From Thermoplasmata archaeon (GTDB lineage Archaea; Thermoplasmatota; Thermoplasmata; Thermoplasmatales; Thermoplasmataceae): 56,067 bases of DNA. The stretch is taken from assembly GCA_021818765.1 (NCBI GenBank), contig JAKATM010000001.1:1-56067 (forward strand). The letters run 5' to 3'. Positions 16,708-26,302 of this stretch are shown here, in pieces. The notes under the pieces were generated by a model. The model did not search any database. It saw only the letters and a list, made by a program, of their open reading frames with translations, and was not told where the DNA came from. Position numbers and translations under genes: made by a program. Position 1 is the stretch's first letter; every line of letters begins with the position of its first letter.

Positions 16708-18306
16708 GTGATCGTTCTCGGGATTGAAGGTACCGCTCATACAGTGGGATGCGGCATTCTGGATGGAAACAGGATACTTGCAAGTGTGTCCTCGACATAT
16801 TCACCCACAAAGGGCGGGATCCACCCCAGGGAAGCTGCTGTACACCATTCTGAGAACGTTGTCCCAGTCATTAAGAAATCACTGGATAAAGCGGGCATTT
16901 CAATTGAAGATGTCGACCTGATAGCGTTTTCAATGGGACCCGGTCTCGGACCCTGCCTGAGAGTTGTTGCAACAGCTGCGAGGACCCTTTCGCTCAGGCA
17001 TAAAATTCCGCTTGTTGGGGTCAACCACCCCCTGGGACATATTGAGATCGGGAGGATGCTCTCTGGTGCTTACGACCCCGTGATGTTATACGTATCGGGG
17101 GGAAACACCCAGATCATTGCCCACATGCAGGGCCGGTATCGCGTTTTTGGAGAGACGATCGACATTGGCCTGGGGAACATGCTTGATAAGATTGCAAGGG
17201 ACTTCGGGTATCCTTTTCCGGGCGGCCCAAAAATAGAGGCACTGGCTTCTTCCGGTAGCAAGCTTCTCGATCTTCCATATTCAGTTATGGGCATGGATAC
17301 CTCCTTCTCGGGAATATATACTGCCGCTAAGAGGCACAAAGAGCTCGGCGAATCTGATCAGGACGTGTGCTACAGCATTCAGGAGACTGCGTTTGCGATG
17401 CTTGTAGAGGTAACGGAAAGAGCACTGGACTATCTTGGAAAGAGTGAAATACTTCTCGCCGGCGGAGTTGCGAGGAATAAGCGGCTCAGGGAGATGATTG
17501 CCATGATGAGCCAGGAAAATGGCTGCAAGCCTTACCTGACTGATCCTGAATATTGCATGGACAACGGTGCAATGATAGCGAGAGCCGGCCAGCTCATGTA
17601 TGAAAATGGGCAGCGGCAGGAAATTGCAGATACTGCGGTTGTTCAGAACTACAGGATAGACGAGGTCGAGGCAGGATGGGTCAATTCAGAGAGCAGGCCG
17701 AGGCAGATGCAGGGTGCAGAGGCAGTGATCCGGAAAACCATGTATGTTGGCAGAGAAGCCATATCAAAGACCCGTGTCCGGAAAGGTTATCGTGACTCCA
17801 GGCTTGACTCAAGGATAAGATCCTCAAGGCTGAGAAATGAGGTTTCCATAGCGCTGAGAATGCATGAAATCGGCATCGACACACCAACCATATATTCACT
17901 CAGATCCGATTCATCTAGAATTATCATGCAGTGGATAGATGGGATTAGCCTGAGAGATGCCCTGGCTTCCATGGATGATCCGCAGCCAGTGATGCACAAC
18001 CTCGGTGAACTCGTGGCCAGGATGCACTCAAACTTGATTGCACATGGAGACCTTACGACAAGCAACATGATTGTCGACCGGAGCGGCAGGATGTACTTCA
18101 TTGATGCAAGCATGGGTACCTATCCCGCAGAAATGGAGGGGCTCTCACAGGATCTTTTCCTGCTGAAGGAGTCACTGGCAAGCATGCATGGGGACCTGCC
18201 TTCACTGTGGCGCCACTTTCTTGACTCGTACCGGACAAATATCAGATTCGCGGATGAAGTCCTTTGCAATCTGAAAACGATAGAAGCCAGGAGAAGATAT
18301 GTGTGA
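16708..18306 (+). CDS. kae1-bud32: Fused Kae1 (tRNA t6A threonylcarbamoyltransferase) and Bud32 kinase
   Basis: 532 aa with a GTG start. The N-terminal 320 aa or so is Kae1/OSGEP-like (LGIEGTAHT, VNHPLGHIE, GGVARNKRLR). The C-terminal 200 aa or so is Bud32/RIO-type kinase-like (..HGDLTTSNMIV.., YFIDASMG). Confidence 0.9.
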   Translation: MIVLGIEGTAHTVGCGILDGNRILASVSSTYSPTKGGIHPREAAVHHSENVVPVIKKSLDKAGISIEDVDLIAFSMGPGLGPCLRVVATAARTLSLRHKIPLVGVNHPLGHIEIGRMLSGAYDPVMLYVSGGNTQIIAHMQGRYRVFGETIDIGLGNMLDKIARDFGYPFPGGPKIEALASSGSKLLDLPYSVMGMDTSFSGIYTAAKRHKELGESDQDVCYSIQETAFAMLVEVTERALDYLGKSEILLAGGVARNKRLREMIAMMSQENGCKPYLTDPEYCMDNGAMIARAGQLMYENGQRQEIADTAVVQNYRIDEVEAGWVNSESRPRQMQGAEAVIRKTMYVGREAISKTRVRKGYRDSRLDSRIRSSRLRNEVSIALRMHEIGIDTPTIYSLRSDSSRIIMQWIDGISLRDALASMDDPQPVMHNLGELVARMHSNLIAHGDLTTSNMIVDRSGRMYFIDASMGTYPAEMEGLSQDLFLLKESLASMHGDLPSLWRHFLDSYRTNIRFADEVLCNLKTIEARRRYV

Positions 18307-18851
18307 TACTGGTAACAAGCAACCGGCATAAATTTGAGGAAATTTCGGCCATGTTCAGAATTGCCGAAATCCCGCTTGAATGGAAGCATGTGAAATATGA
18401 GGAGATTCAGGAGGATACCACTGAAATGATATCATACCGGAGCTGCGTCGAGGTAAGAAAGGATCTGCATGACGATTTCTTTCTTGAGGATACGGGGCTT
18501 TACGTACCGGCGCTCCATGGTTTTCCAGGTCCGTATTCAGCTTATGTGAACAACACAATAGGTTATGCGGGTCTCCAGCGGCTTGTTGATGGAAAAGAGA
18601 GGACTGCATACTTCAAGACAGTCATTTCACTGAGCATGAATGGTGCGATTATGCAGTTCGGCGGTGTCCTAAAGGGTGCTATATCAGATCAGGCGAAGGG
18701 ATCAACGGGTTTCGGGTTTGACCCGGTGTTTTTACCCGATGGTGAGGTCCTGACCCTGGCGGAGATGGATGTTGAGACGAAGAATCGACTCTCTCACAGG
18801 GGCAGGGCCGTATCTGCACTTATAAAATACCTTATCTCGTTGAAGTTTTAG
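18303..18851 (+). CDS. Non-canonical purine NTP pyrophosphatase (HAM1/RdgB, ITPase)
   Basis: VTSNRHKFEE.., ..FGFDPVFLP.. and ..KNRLSHRGRA.. are HAM1-family motifs. The longest ORF starts at 18264 inside kae1. GTG 18303 gives the canonical M-ILVTSN N-terminus and overlaps the kae1 stop (GTGA). Confidence 0.8.
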   Translation: MILVTSNRHKFEEISAMFRIAEIPLEWKHVKYEEIQEDTTEMISYRSCVEVRKDLHDDFFLEDTGLYVPALHGFPGPYSAYVNNTIGYAGLQRLVDGKERTAYFKTVISLSMNGAIMQFGGVLKGAISDQAKGSTGFGFDPVFLPDGEVLTLAEMDVETKNRLSHRGRAVSALIKYLISLKF

Positions 18852-19020
18852 GAATGTTTTGCAATAAATGATCTGAACGCGGACTGGAGAATAAGATTAA
18901 GTCCGGATATCCTTTTATCCCGCCCGCGGCTGAATAATCCATGCAATTAAACACATTATGAATATTACCATTGGTAATAATTAATACAGGAAGCACATTT
19001 AATGGGATCCGCTAACAAAA

Positions 19021-19030
19021 TTTTTAATAT
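19021..19030 (+). promoter_or_regulatory. TATA box of the SAM synthetase gene
   Basis: TTTTTAATAT preceded by a purine-rich AACAAAA (BRE-like), about 30 nt upstream of ATG 19058. Confidence 0.35.
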
Positions 19031-19057
19031 CGAGCTTAAATAAGCGACGGATAAATA

Positions 19058-20254
19058 ATGGCAAGAAACATATCGATCGAGCAGCTTAACAAGGTACCGA
19101 CACACAAGAGTGACGTTGAAATTGTTGAGAGAAAGGGAATCGGTCATCCAGACAGTATCTGCGATGGCATAGCCGAGGCAGTCAGCAGGGAACTTAGCAA
19201 GTATTACCTTAAGGAATACGGAAGGGTTCTGCATCACAATACGGATCAGCTCGAGGCAGTGGGCGGGCAGTCAAAACCCAAGTATGGCGGAGGAAAGATA
19301 CTTGAGCCAAGCTACATCATATTGAGCGGTAGGGCAACCTCGCAGGTGGATGGCGAGAGCATACCGGTAAAGTCTATCTCGATAGGAGCGACCAAGGAAT
19401 ACCTGAGATCAAACTTCAAGCATCTCAATATCGATACCGACGTGATCATAGACTCGATGATAGGCCATGGATCAGTCGATCTCAGGGGGCTATTCGACAC
19501 CGGCAAGCTGAAATCAAATGATACGTCATTTGGTGTTGGTTTCGCACCCTTCTCGGATACGGAGAAGCTTGTTCTTGCAACAGAGAAATACATTAACGGC
19601 GACATGAAGAAAACTCTTCCCGCAGTAGGATACGACGTCAAGGTTATGGGATTCAGGGAGAAGAACACAATCAACCTGACAGTTGCGGCTGCCTTTGTGG
19701 ACAAGTACGTGAAGGATCATAGCGAGTACCAGAGCATTAAGGAGCAGCTCAGGTCAAAGGTCCTGGACAACGCAACGAAGTTGACGGACAAGAAGGTCCA
19801 GGTCTTCGTAAATACGGGCGACTCCGAAGCCGAGCATGTTGAGTACCTTACTGTGACAGGACTATCCATGGAGAATGGGGATGATGGATCGGTCGGCAGG
19901 GGAAACAGGGTAAACGGCCTTATCACCCCGTACAGGGCGATGAGCATGGAGGCAGCGGCCGGGAAGAACCCCGTCACTCATGTTGGGAAGCTCTATAACG
20001 TTCTATCAAACATCATAGCTGCTGACATTGTAAAGGAGGCAGGCGGCGACATAGAGGAAGTACTGGTGAGAATCGTATCCCAGATTGGAAGAGAAATTTC
20101 AGATCCACATGTCGCGAGCGTGCAGGCAATATACGCAAGCGGAGTCCAGGCATCTAAATATGAAAGCAAGATCAGGTCGATCGTTGACGGTCATCTCAAC
20201 AGGATATCTGGCCTGACAAACCAGTTTGTAGAAGGTAAGCTGTCAGTATTCTGA
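19058..20254 (+). CDS. mat: Archaeal-type S-adenosylmethionine synthetase
   Basis: 398 aa. ..VEIVERKGIGHPDSICDGIAEAVSRELSKYY.. is the hallmark N-terminus of the archaeal MAT family. Confidence 0.95.
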   Translation: MARNISIEQLNKVPTHKSDVEIVERKGIGHPDSICDGIAEAVSRELSKYYLKEYGRVLHHNTDQLEAVGGQSKPKYGGGKILEPSYIILSGRATSQVDGESIPVKSISIGATKEYLRSNFKHLNIDTDVIIDSMIGHGSVDLRGLFDTGKLKSNDTSFGVGFAPFSDTEKLVLATEKYINGDMKKTLPAVGYDVKVMGFREKNTINLTVAAAFVDKYVKDHSEYQSIKEQLRSKVLDNATKLTDKKVQVFVNTGDSEAEHVEYLTVTGLSMENGDDGSVGRGNRVNGLITPYRAMSMEAAAGKNPVTHVGKLYNVLSNIIAADIVKEAGGDIEEVLVRIVSQIGREISDPHVASVQAIYASGVQASKYESKIRSIVDGHLNRISGLTNQFVEGKLSVF

Positions 20255-20260
20255 TCTCAC

Positions 20261-20536
20261 ATGTCCGGAATGGTTGCGAAAAAGGTTATTTTTTCGGGCC
20301 ACGTCCAGGGTGTGTCTTTCAGGAGACAGGCTAAGGATGCTGCCGACAAGGCAGGCATTTCAGGCTGGATCTGCAACCTTGCAGACGGAACTGTCGAGGC
20401 CCTCTTTTGCGGCGAGGAACCCTCCGTCTACAAGGTAATTAATTTTTGCGTCCACGATATGAGGAGGGCAGAAGTTTCATCATATACAGTAAAGGATGCG
20501 GAATGCCCCGATGGGAAGGAATTCACGATCCTTTGA
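20261..20536 (+). CDS. acyP: Acylphosphatase
   Basis: 91 aa. ..SGHVQGVSFRRQAKDAADKAGISGWICNLADGTVE.. is the acylphosphatase signature. Confidence 0.9.
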   Translation: MSGMVAKKVIFSGHVQGVSFRRQAKDAADKAGISGWICNLADGTVEALFCGEEPSVYKVINFCVHDMRRAEVSSYTVKDAECPDGKEFTIL

Positions 20537-20538
20537 GA

Positions 20539-21768
20539 TCATTGCAAAACTTCAAAGTGGTACCCTACGGACTTGACCTTTTCAAGAAGTTCTGCGGCAT
20601 GTTTCGATCCTCTTACATTCACTGTGAAGGTTATGCTCTGGAAGCCGATAGGGGTGGTTTCGTCCAGGTTGTCAACCTCCGCATGATATATATTTCCTCC
20701 AGCCTCAGAGATCGCCGCTGCAATCCTGTATAGTGTTCCGGGCCTATCTGGAATCTTGAAACCAATCCTGATCAGCCTCGATTCATGTTCAAGCGACTTG
20801 TAGATAATCTTCGAGAGCAGGAGCAAATTTATGTTACCGCCGGAAAGGACAACCACAGCCTTCTTCCCGGAGATGTCCACCTTACCCCCCAATATTGCCG
20901 CGAGGCCGGCGGCTCCTGCCGGCTCAACAACTATTTTGTTGTGCTCAAGAAGGTGGTAGAGGGCAAGGGCAATTGTCTCGTCGGATACAGAAATTATCTT
21001 GTCAACGTATTTCTGTATAACAGAGAAGGTGATGTTCCCAGGACGCCTTATCGCAATACCATCTGCTATTGTCTCGCCGGTTACATGCTCAACAATATTT
21101 CCTGCCTCAAAGGATGCCATTACCGAATCATAATTTTCGGACTGAACCCCTATCACGGTAACTTTGGGATTGATCGTCTTTGCCGCAAGGGCTATTCCAG
21201 ATATCAAGCCACCCCCACCAACCGGCACTATAATGAGGTCAGCATCTGGAATATCCTCCATGATTTCCAGCCCAATAGTACCCTGCCCGGCGATGATCGA
21301 TGCGTCGTTGAATCCTTCTATGAATGTCCTGCCCTCTTCTGCTGAAAGCCTGAGCGCATGGTCCCTTGCCTCCGCGTAGTCTGATCCGTAAAGGTCAATC
21401 AGTGCCCCATATCGCTCAACCGCGCTGATCTTAGCAGGCGTTGTATATTTTGGCATAACTATCTTGCAGTTGATTCCGCTTATCCTGGAAGCAAGAGCGA
21501 CACCCTGTGCATGGTTCCCTGCACTGACGGCTATAACACCCGCTTTCTTCTCTTCTGATGTAAGTTTCGATATCTTGAACAGGGCTCCCCTGATCTTGAA
21601 TGAACCAGTTTTTTGCAGGTTTTCCAGTTTGTAATAAACAGACCCCCCAAATTTCTTTCCAATTGTTTCCGAGGAGTCTGTCTGTGTGCGATTTATTTTC
21701 CCCTTGAGAAATTTAGCCGCCTCAAGAATGTCCTCGAAGCCGGGTTGTTGTACAGGATCAACCATCAA
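20539..21768 (-). CDS. ilvA: Threonine ammonia-lyase (PLP-dependent) with one C-terminal ACT-like domain
   Basis: 409 aa. PLP lysine motif (..QKTGSFKIRGA..), SAGNHAQGVA and the GGGGLISG glycine loop, plus a C-terminal regulatory domain of about 80 aa. It could equally be annotated tdcB-like. Confidence 0.85.
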   Translation of the reverse strand: MMVDPVQQPGFEDILEAAKFLKGKINRTQTDSSETIGKKFGGSVYYKLENLQKTGSFKIRGALFKISKLTSEEKKAGVIAVSAGNHAQGVALASRISGINCKIVMPKYTTPAKISAVERYGALIDLYGSDYAEARDHALRLSAEEGRTFIEGFNDASIIAGQGTIGLEIMEDIPDADLIIVPVGGGGLISGIALAAKTINPKVTVIGVQSENYDSVMASFEAGNIVEHVTGETIADGIAIRRPGNITFSVIQKYVDKIISVSDETIALALYHLLEHNKIVVEPAGAAGLAAILGGKVDISGKKAVVVLSGGNINLLLLSKIIYKSLEHESRLIRIGFKIPDRPGTLYRIAAAISEAGGNIYHAEVDNLDETTPIGFQSITFTVNVRGSKHAAELLEKVKSVGYHFEVLQ

Positions 21769-21897
21769 TCAATCAGTTGGGATTTGCACTTGATTTATAT
21801 TACTTTTTGCTAAGAGCGAATTTGGGCATGCAGGATAATCATCCATTCACGAGTCACCGATCCGTTCCACTTTTATGAGAAGAAAAGTTACCATGTT

Positions 21898-22881
21898 ATG
21901 AAGTTTGGAGTTATCGGTCTCGGAAACCATGCAATAAACAGGGTGATGCCAGCCATCATGTTGTCTGGCAACTCCATAGAGGCTGTTTACAGCAGGAACC
22001 CGGAAAAGGCTGAGAGGATAGGGAGGAAGTTTGGCGGCAAGGCGTTCGATAATTTGGAGCAAATGCTCTCGTCCGACTTGGATGCGTTATACATTGCTTC
22101 CCCGAATAATCTCCATTATGAAAATGCGTTGGCGGCGCTTGATCATGGAAAGCATGTGCTGCTGGAAAAGCCCATGACGCTCAGTTACGAAGATTCTAAG
22201 AAGCTTGTCAACAAAGCCGATCAGGATCATCTGTCCCTGGCAATTGGTTTTCACCTGAGGTTGCACCCTGCGGTTGAACAGATAAAGAGACATGTGCTGA
22301 ACGGCGATCTTGGCGACATCACAACCGTGGATGCATGCTGGGGCGGTTTCAGCTCCTCGAGCAGGACAGTAACCGAAGACTCCGACAACAGATGGTGGAG
22401 CGACGAGGCGTTGGTAGGAGGCGGTTCCATAATGGGAACCGGCGTTCATGTATTTGATGCATTGAACAACATCATGGGCATGCATCCAGACAGGATATCG
22501 AGCTTCAGGGACCCGAGAGGTTCGATAATAGATTCAACCACCTCAACAATAATGAGTTACGGGGCAACCATCGCCCATGCAGTATCATCGCGCAAGATGT
22601 TTTTGCCGGACAACTCGCTTCGAATAACCGGAACAGAAGGATCTGTTATCTGTACAGGTCTCTTCTCCACAGAGATCAGGTCTTCCCTCAACGTGAACGG
22701 CAGGATCAGGAGATTCCGGTCCGGCAATGTATACAGGAAGGAGATTGATGCATTCGTGGATCTTGTCAATGGAAGGCATTCAGCAATAGCGACTGGAAGG
22801 GATGGATCGGTGGTGGTAAGAATGACTGAGCTTGCAATCAGGTCGGATTTGGAGGAAAGGTCTTTCCCTGTCGATCTGTGA
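21898..22881 (+). CDS. Gfo/Idh/MocA family NAD(P)-dependent oxidoreductase
   Basis: 327 aa. MKFGVIGLGNHAINRVMPA.. Rossmann N-terminus and the ..HVLLEKPM.. motif. Confidence 0.85.
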   Translation: MKFGVIGLGNHAINRVMPAIMLSGNSIEAVYSRNPEKAERIGRKFGGKAFDNLEQMLSSDLDALYIASPNNLHYENALAALDHGKHVLLEKPMTLSYEDSKKLVNKADQDHLSLAIGFHLRLHPAVEQIKRHVLNGDLGDITTVDACWGGFSSSSRTVTEDSDNRWWSDEALVGGGSIMGTGVHVFDALNNIMGMHPDRISSFRDPRGSIIDSTTSTIMSYGATIAHAVSSRKMFLPDNSLRITGTEGSVICTGLFSTEIRSSLNVNGRIRRFRSGNVYRKEIDAFVDLVNGRHSAIATGRDGSVVVRMTELAIRSDLEERSFPVDL

Positions 22882-23020
22882 TCAAGGTTATTTGCCATCA
22901 GGACAGGAGCCTTCCAGATCTGTCCTTAAAGCAGCACTATCCGCAGATATCAGACAGGTGCCATCTTTTTTACAACCATATAAGGTAAAATTTATTTAAA
23001 TCAATTGGGAATTATACCTT

Positions 23021-23299
23021 ATGGCAGATGAGAAGGACTATCTGGAGTGGTTTGACTGGACGCCGGGTATACTTCGTGCTATCTGGGAAATCAAGGAATA
23101 TTCCAGGGTAAGGCTAAAAAATTTGCCTGAAAGGGACAAGAGTGCGCTTGAGAAGGTCAGGGATTATCTTCTTTCAATGGGCTTGGTAGAGGAATCTCCT
23201 GATGGGGACCTTAGCCTGACAGATTCTGGAGAAAAGGTTTACAGGAAGCTGCAGGAAATAAACGAAATAATGAAGGACAGCATCGACTTTGAGGAGTAA
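23021..23299 (+). CDS. Small hypothetical protein, possible winged-helix DNA-binding protein
   Basis: 92 aa. ..LEKVRDYLLSMGLVEESPDGDLSLTDSGEKVYRKL.. resembles the recognition helix plus wing of MarR/TrmB-like wHTH proteins. The similarity is weak. Confidence 0.4.
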   Translation: MADEKDYLEWFDWTPGILRAIWEIKEYSRVRLKNLPERDKSALEKVRDYLLSMGLVEESPDGDLSLTDSGEKVYRKLQEINEIMKDSIDFEE

Positions 23300-23350
23300 A
23301 CACTCTTTGGACTAAAACGTTCATGAGAATGCTGCGGATAATGATTTGAT

Positions 23351-23857
23351 ATGGCTAGTCTAGTTGAAATATTGACGGTGGAACATCTTGCCATAAGCAG
23401 GACGGGAGTTATCCGTGGTTCCTACGATCCAGAAGGTTTTGTCTCTTTCAGGGCATATATGAAAGAGTGCCACATCGAGATAGAAGAGAAGATTTGCTTT
23501 CCTATCCTGGAAGCATATCCATTCAACGATGCAAAAACATTCTCCGCTAATGTCGAAAGGATAAAAGCTGATCACAAGCTGATCGATACGCTCGCAGGAA
23601 ACATAATCAAGTGGAGCAATGACGGGAAGACGGAAATGCTTGAAGGCCGTCTGCCACTCTTTTACAAGCTGCTGACTGAGCATAACACAGAGGAGGAGAA
23701 TGACCTATTTCCAAGGTGGGATTCCATAGACAGCCAAATTCTCCGGTCTTCATCGAAGGACGCGATGTCCATTATCGACTCATTTGGCAGGAAGGAATAC
23801 ATGAAGATAATAGGGTACAACGATTCTTCCTTTTCTTACTTCTTCGGATTGAAGTAA
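23351..23857 (+). CDS. Hemerythrin-like (HHE cation-binding) domain protein
   Basis: 168 aa. Four spaced His/Glu motifs fit the hemerythrin four-helix pattern: TVEHLAI, CHIEIEEKICFPILE, IKADHKLI and TEHNTEEENDLFPRW. Confidence 0.55.
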   Translation: MASLVEILTVEHLAISRTGVIRGSYDPEGFVSFRAYMKECHIEIEEKICFPILEAYPFNDAKTFSANVERIKADHKLIDTLAGNIIKWSNDGKTEMLEGRLPLFYKLLTEHNTEEENDLFPRWDSIDSQILRSSSKDAMSIIDSFGRKEYMKIIGYNDSSFSYFFGLK

Positions 23858-24014
23858 ACTAGATTCCCCGCTTCTTTATATTGGTCACATCGAACCTGTG
23901 ACTTAGTTTCTTTGCCATTGTTGCAAAGGCTGGAATAATCTCCTCTTTCTCGTTTTCTGCGCTTCGCCCATAACCCTTCCTCTAATTCGGAATAAAAGGT
24001 GTTAAAAAGGGTGC

Positions 24015-24722
24015 GTGCATCTCCGCCTGATGTCGGAGACAGGCGATAATGCATCCAGGGAATATTCTTCCGAGGTCTTGTTCATGATAAAGGACTTCAG
24101 GACAGATCTTTTATTATACAGGGAGAGAGCCGCCCTGCTTATCCCGGACAGATATCAGAGGAACACTTTTGTGATCACTAATGACGGTGAATCCATCCGC
24201 TATTTCCTGAAGAGCACTTCTCAGACGGGGTTGTCATACATGAAGGCGTTCTTCAGCAAACTTTACATGTGCAACTTTGAAATGATGGACCCACCCGGGT
24301 TCGAACCGCTGAGGACGGTTGTTCTAAAAACAGCGCTAAGGAATTTCAGGGGAAGGCAAAAATACAGTGCCGGTTTCGTCAGAACACTTACGGGCGGGCT
24401 CTCCTCCGTGAGGGATCTCATGTACACTGTGGAAGTGATTGTTGAATCATCCAACAGGCTGTCGGCAAGAAGACGGCATTACGGTTTCTCTGTCCGCATA
24501 ACGCTGTCAGGTGATCCCGTCACATTCGATTCGGCTATATCGGTGATCAGGGAATCACTCAGGGAGATGAAAGAGGATAAGGGTCCGGTTCTTAAGCTGA
24601 CTGAGAGAAAGAGATTCAGGCTGCTCAGAAACCTCCTGAAAGACCCATTCCAGCTTAGCAGCGTCATAAGGATACCGGAGGATGAGGGGCTCCTTATTTC
24701 CGGTCCGGTTGCTCAAGCTTGA
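24015..24722 (+). CDS. Hypothetical protein
   Basis: 235 aa from GTG 24015. ATG 24030, preceded by an A/T box at about 24002-24008, is an alternative start. No motif recognised. The 3' end overlaps the convergent hbd-like gene by 29 nt. Confidence 0.45.
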   Translation: MHLRLMSETGDNASREYSSEVLFMIKDFRTDLLLYRERAALLIPDRYQRNTFVITNDGESIRYFLKSTSQTGLSYMKAFFSKLYMCNFEMMDPPGFEPLRTVVLKTALRNFRGRQKYSAGFVRTLTGGLSSVRDLMYTVEVIVESSNRLSARRRHYGFSVRITLSGDPVTFDSAISVIRESLREMKEDKGPVLKLTERKRFRLLRNLLKDPFQLSSVIRIPEDEGLLISGPVAQA

Positions 24723-25581
24723 TTCCGTAGTACTGGTACCATCCTCCCTTGCTCCCTTTCTTGTTCCCAAGATAGCCTGCCAGAACCAGCTTTTTCAGAA
24801 TTGTGGGAGGGGCGTAGTCTGGTCTTTTGGTCTCTTCGTACATGTACTCGGCCACATGAAGCATTGTGTCGAGCCCGATAAAGTCTGAGAGTTCGAACGG
24901 TCCCATTGGGAAACCAAAGGCTAGTTTTGACATCCTGTCGATTTCGGATATTCCCGCAACGCCTGATTCAAACATTCTGTAGGATTCCATGAGCCAGCTG
25001 TTCAGGAACCGGGTCGTAAAAAAACCCGGGCCGTCGTTAACGATAATCGGCACCTTCTCCGCAGATTCGGATATGCTCACAATGGAATGGATTGCATCTT
25101 CTGTTGTCTCAGGGCCTTTAACAACCTCGACTAGCTTCATGACCTGTGGAGGGTTGAACCAGTGCATTCCAATAAAGTTCTTTCCCCGGGTAGTATAGGA
25201 AGAGAGGCTGCTTATCATTATGCCGGATGTGTTGGATGCAAATATTGCACTTTTTTTCACGATACTATCGAGTTTCTTAAAAAGTGCGCCCTTGACCTTC
25301 TCATCCTCTGTTATCGCCTCAATGATCAGATCACAGTCCTTCAGGTCTTCCTGGTTTATCGTGACACTTATTCTGGATAGGGTCTGGTCAGCTTCCTCCT
25401 TTTTCATTTTTCCAGCGGATACAGCCTTCTCCAGGCCGAACCTTCCAGATTTTATCATCTGCATTCCGTTCTGGAGGAAATCCGTAGAAATGTCGTTCAT
25501 AATCACCGTGTATCCGTATCTTGCAAGCGTCTGCGCAATTCCGTGACCCATTATACCCGAGCCGATTACACCTATTTTCAT
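24694..25581 (-). CDS. 3-hydroxyacyl-CoA (3-hydroxybutyryl-CoA) dehydrogenase
   Basis: The Rossmann N-terminus MKIGVIGSGIMGHGIAQT lies at the proposed start 25581; the longest ORF runs to 25683. Also SNTSG, HWFNPP and a C-terminal all-helical domain. Confidence 0.9.
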   Translation of the reverse strand: MKIGVIGSGIMGHGIAQTLARYGYTVIMNDISTDFLQNGMQMIKSGRFGLEKAVSAGKMKKEEADQTLSRISVTINQEDLKDCDLIIEAITEDEKVKGALFKKLDSIVKKSAIFASNTSGIMISSLSSYTTRGKNFIGMHWFNPPQVMKLVEVVKGPETTEDAIHSIVSISESAEKVPIIVNDGPGFFTTRFLNSWLMESYRMFESGVAGISEIDRMSKLAFGFPMGPFELSDFIGLDTMLHVAEYMYEETKRPDYAPPTILKKLVLAGYLGNKKGSKGGWYQYYGIKLEQPDRK

Positions 25582-25927
25582 GTTTTCTGAGTCCTGCATG
25601 CATGGTAATTGATTAGTTAGATGATAATTATTGCATGCTGCTCGATAGGCTCTATTAATAAGAACAAGGAGAGAGAATGTCAATATAGATAAAGAATTGA
25701 ATTTCTTAGTTTACATCAAACCTCTTCAGTTAAACTTCTCAAAAAGTAAGGTGAAATAACCTGTTTATCTTTAACCAAAAATGGGATCCATGATACTCTC
25801 CCTGACCTTTGCAGCAACAGTTGCAAAATCTAACGAACTAATCGTCTTTCCTAGATTGGCTTTACTTGGTACCAATACCACTTTCTCTCTATACACGCTG
25901 TTGAGGCGAGCTTGTCTGATGGGTGGA

Positions 25928-26302
25928 CTAATTTATTTTGTGAGAAGTGTCGTCAATGGACTTGGAAAAGTTATTTTGCTGCTTTTCTATCAATTCCAGT
26001 TCATTTATCGCAGTTACATACTTATTAATGGTTTCCAGCCCTTTTACTGTAATTTTAATGACTATTCTCCTTGAGGTGAAGAAAGAATGCTCACTTACAG
26101 AAATAAGTCCTGAAGAACTTAACTTTGTTATATGGTTTCCAAGGCTTCCCTTCGCGAGTCCTGTTAGCTTGGAAAGCTCAGTGAATCCTAGTTTTCTGTT
26201 CATCGAAAGACAAATTAAGATGAGAAGACGCGATGAAGATTTCAGTATTCTATCATTAAAAATAGACGAGAGTACCTTTAATGAATCTTCTTCACTCGTC
26301 AT
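25928..26302 (-). CDS. Winged-helix (ArsR-like) transcriptional regulator
   Basis: 124 aa. ..SRLLILICLSMNRKLGFTELSKLTGLAKGSLGNHITKLSSSGLISV.. matches the ArsR-type HTH pattern. It is the last gene of the ABC cassette, with an 11-nt overlap. Confidence 0.7.
   Translation of the reverse strand: MTSEEDSLKVLSSIFNDRILKSSSRLLILICLSMNRKLGFTELSKLTGLAKGSLGNHITKLSSSGLISVSEHSFFTSRRIVIKITVKGLETINKYVTAINELELIEKQQNNFSKSIDDTSHKIN

Noticed and set aside
24285-24320. tRNA T-arm-like GGGTTCGAACC inside ORF 24015-24722
   Set aside because: Only about 3 bp of T-stem can form on either strand, and no acceptor or anticodon arms can be drawn. It is at most a decayed att or tRNA fragment and may be chance. It is mentioned only as context in one finding.
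25781-26074. 97-aa + strand ORF, and a possible 41-aa minus-strand ORF, downstream of the wHTH gene
   Set aside because: The + ORF overlaps the well-supported wHTH gene in antisense. The short minus-strand frame (..VVLVPSKANLGKTISS..) has only a GTG start and no promoter or coupling signal that I could support.
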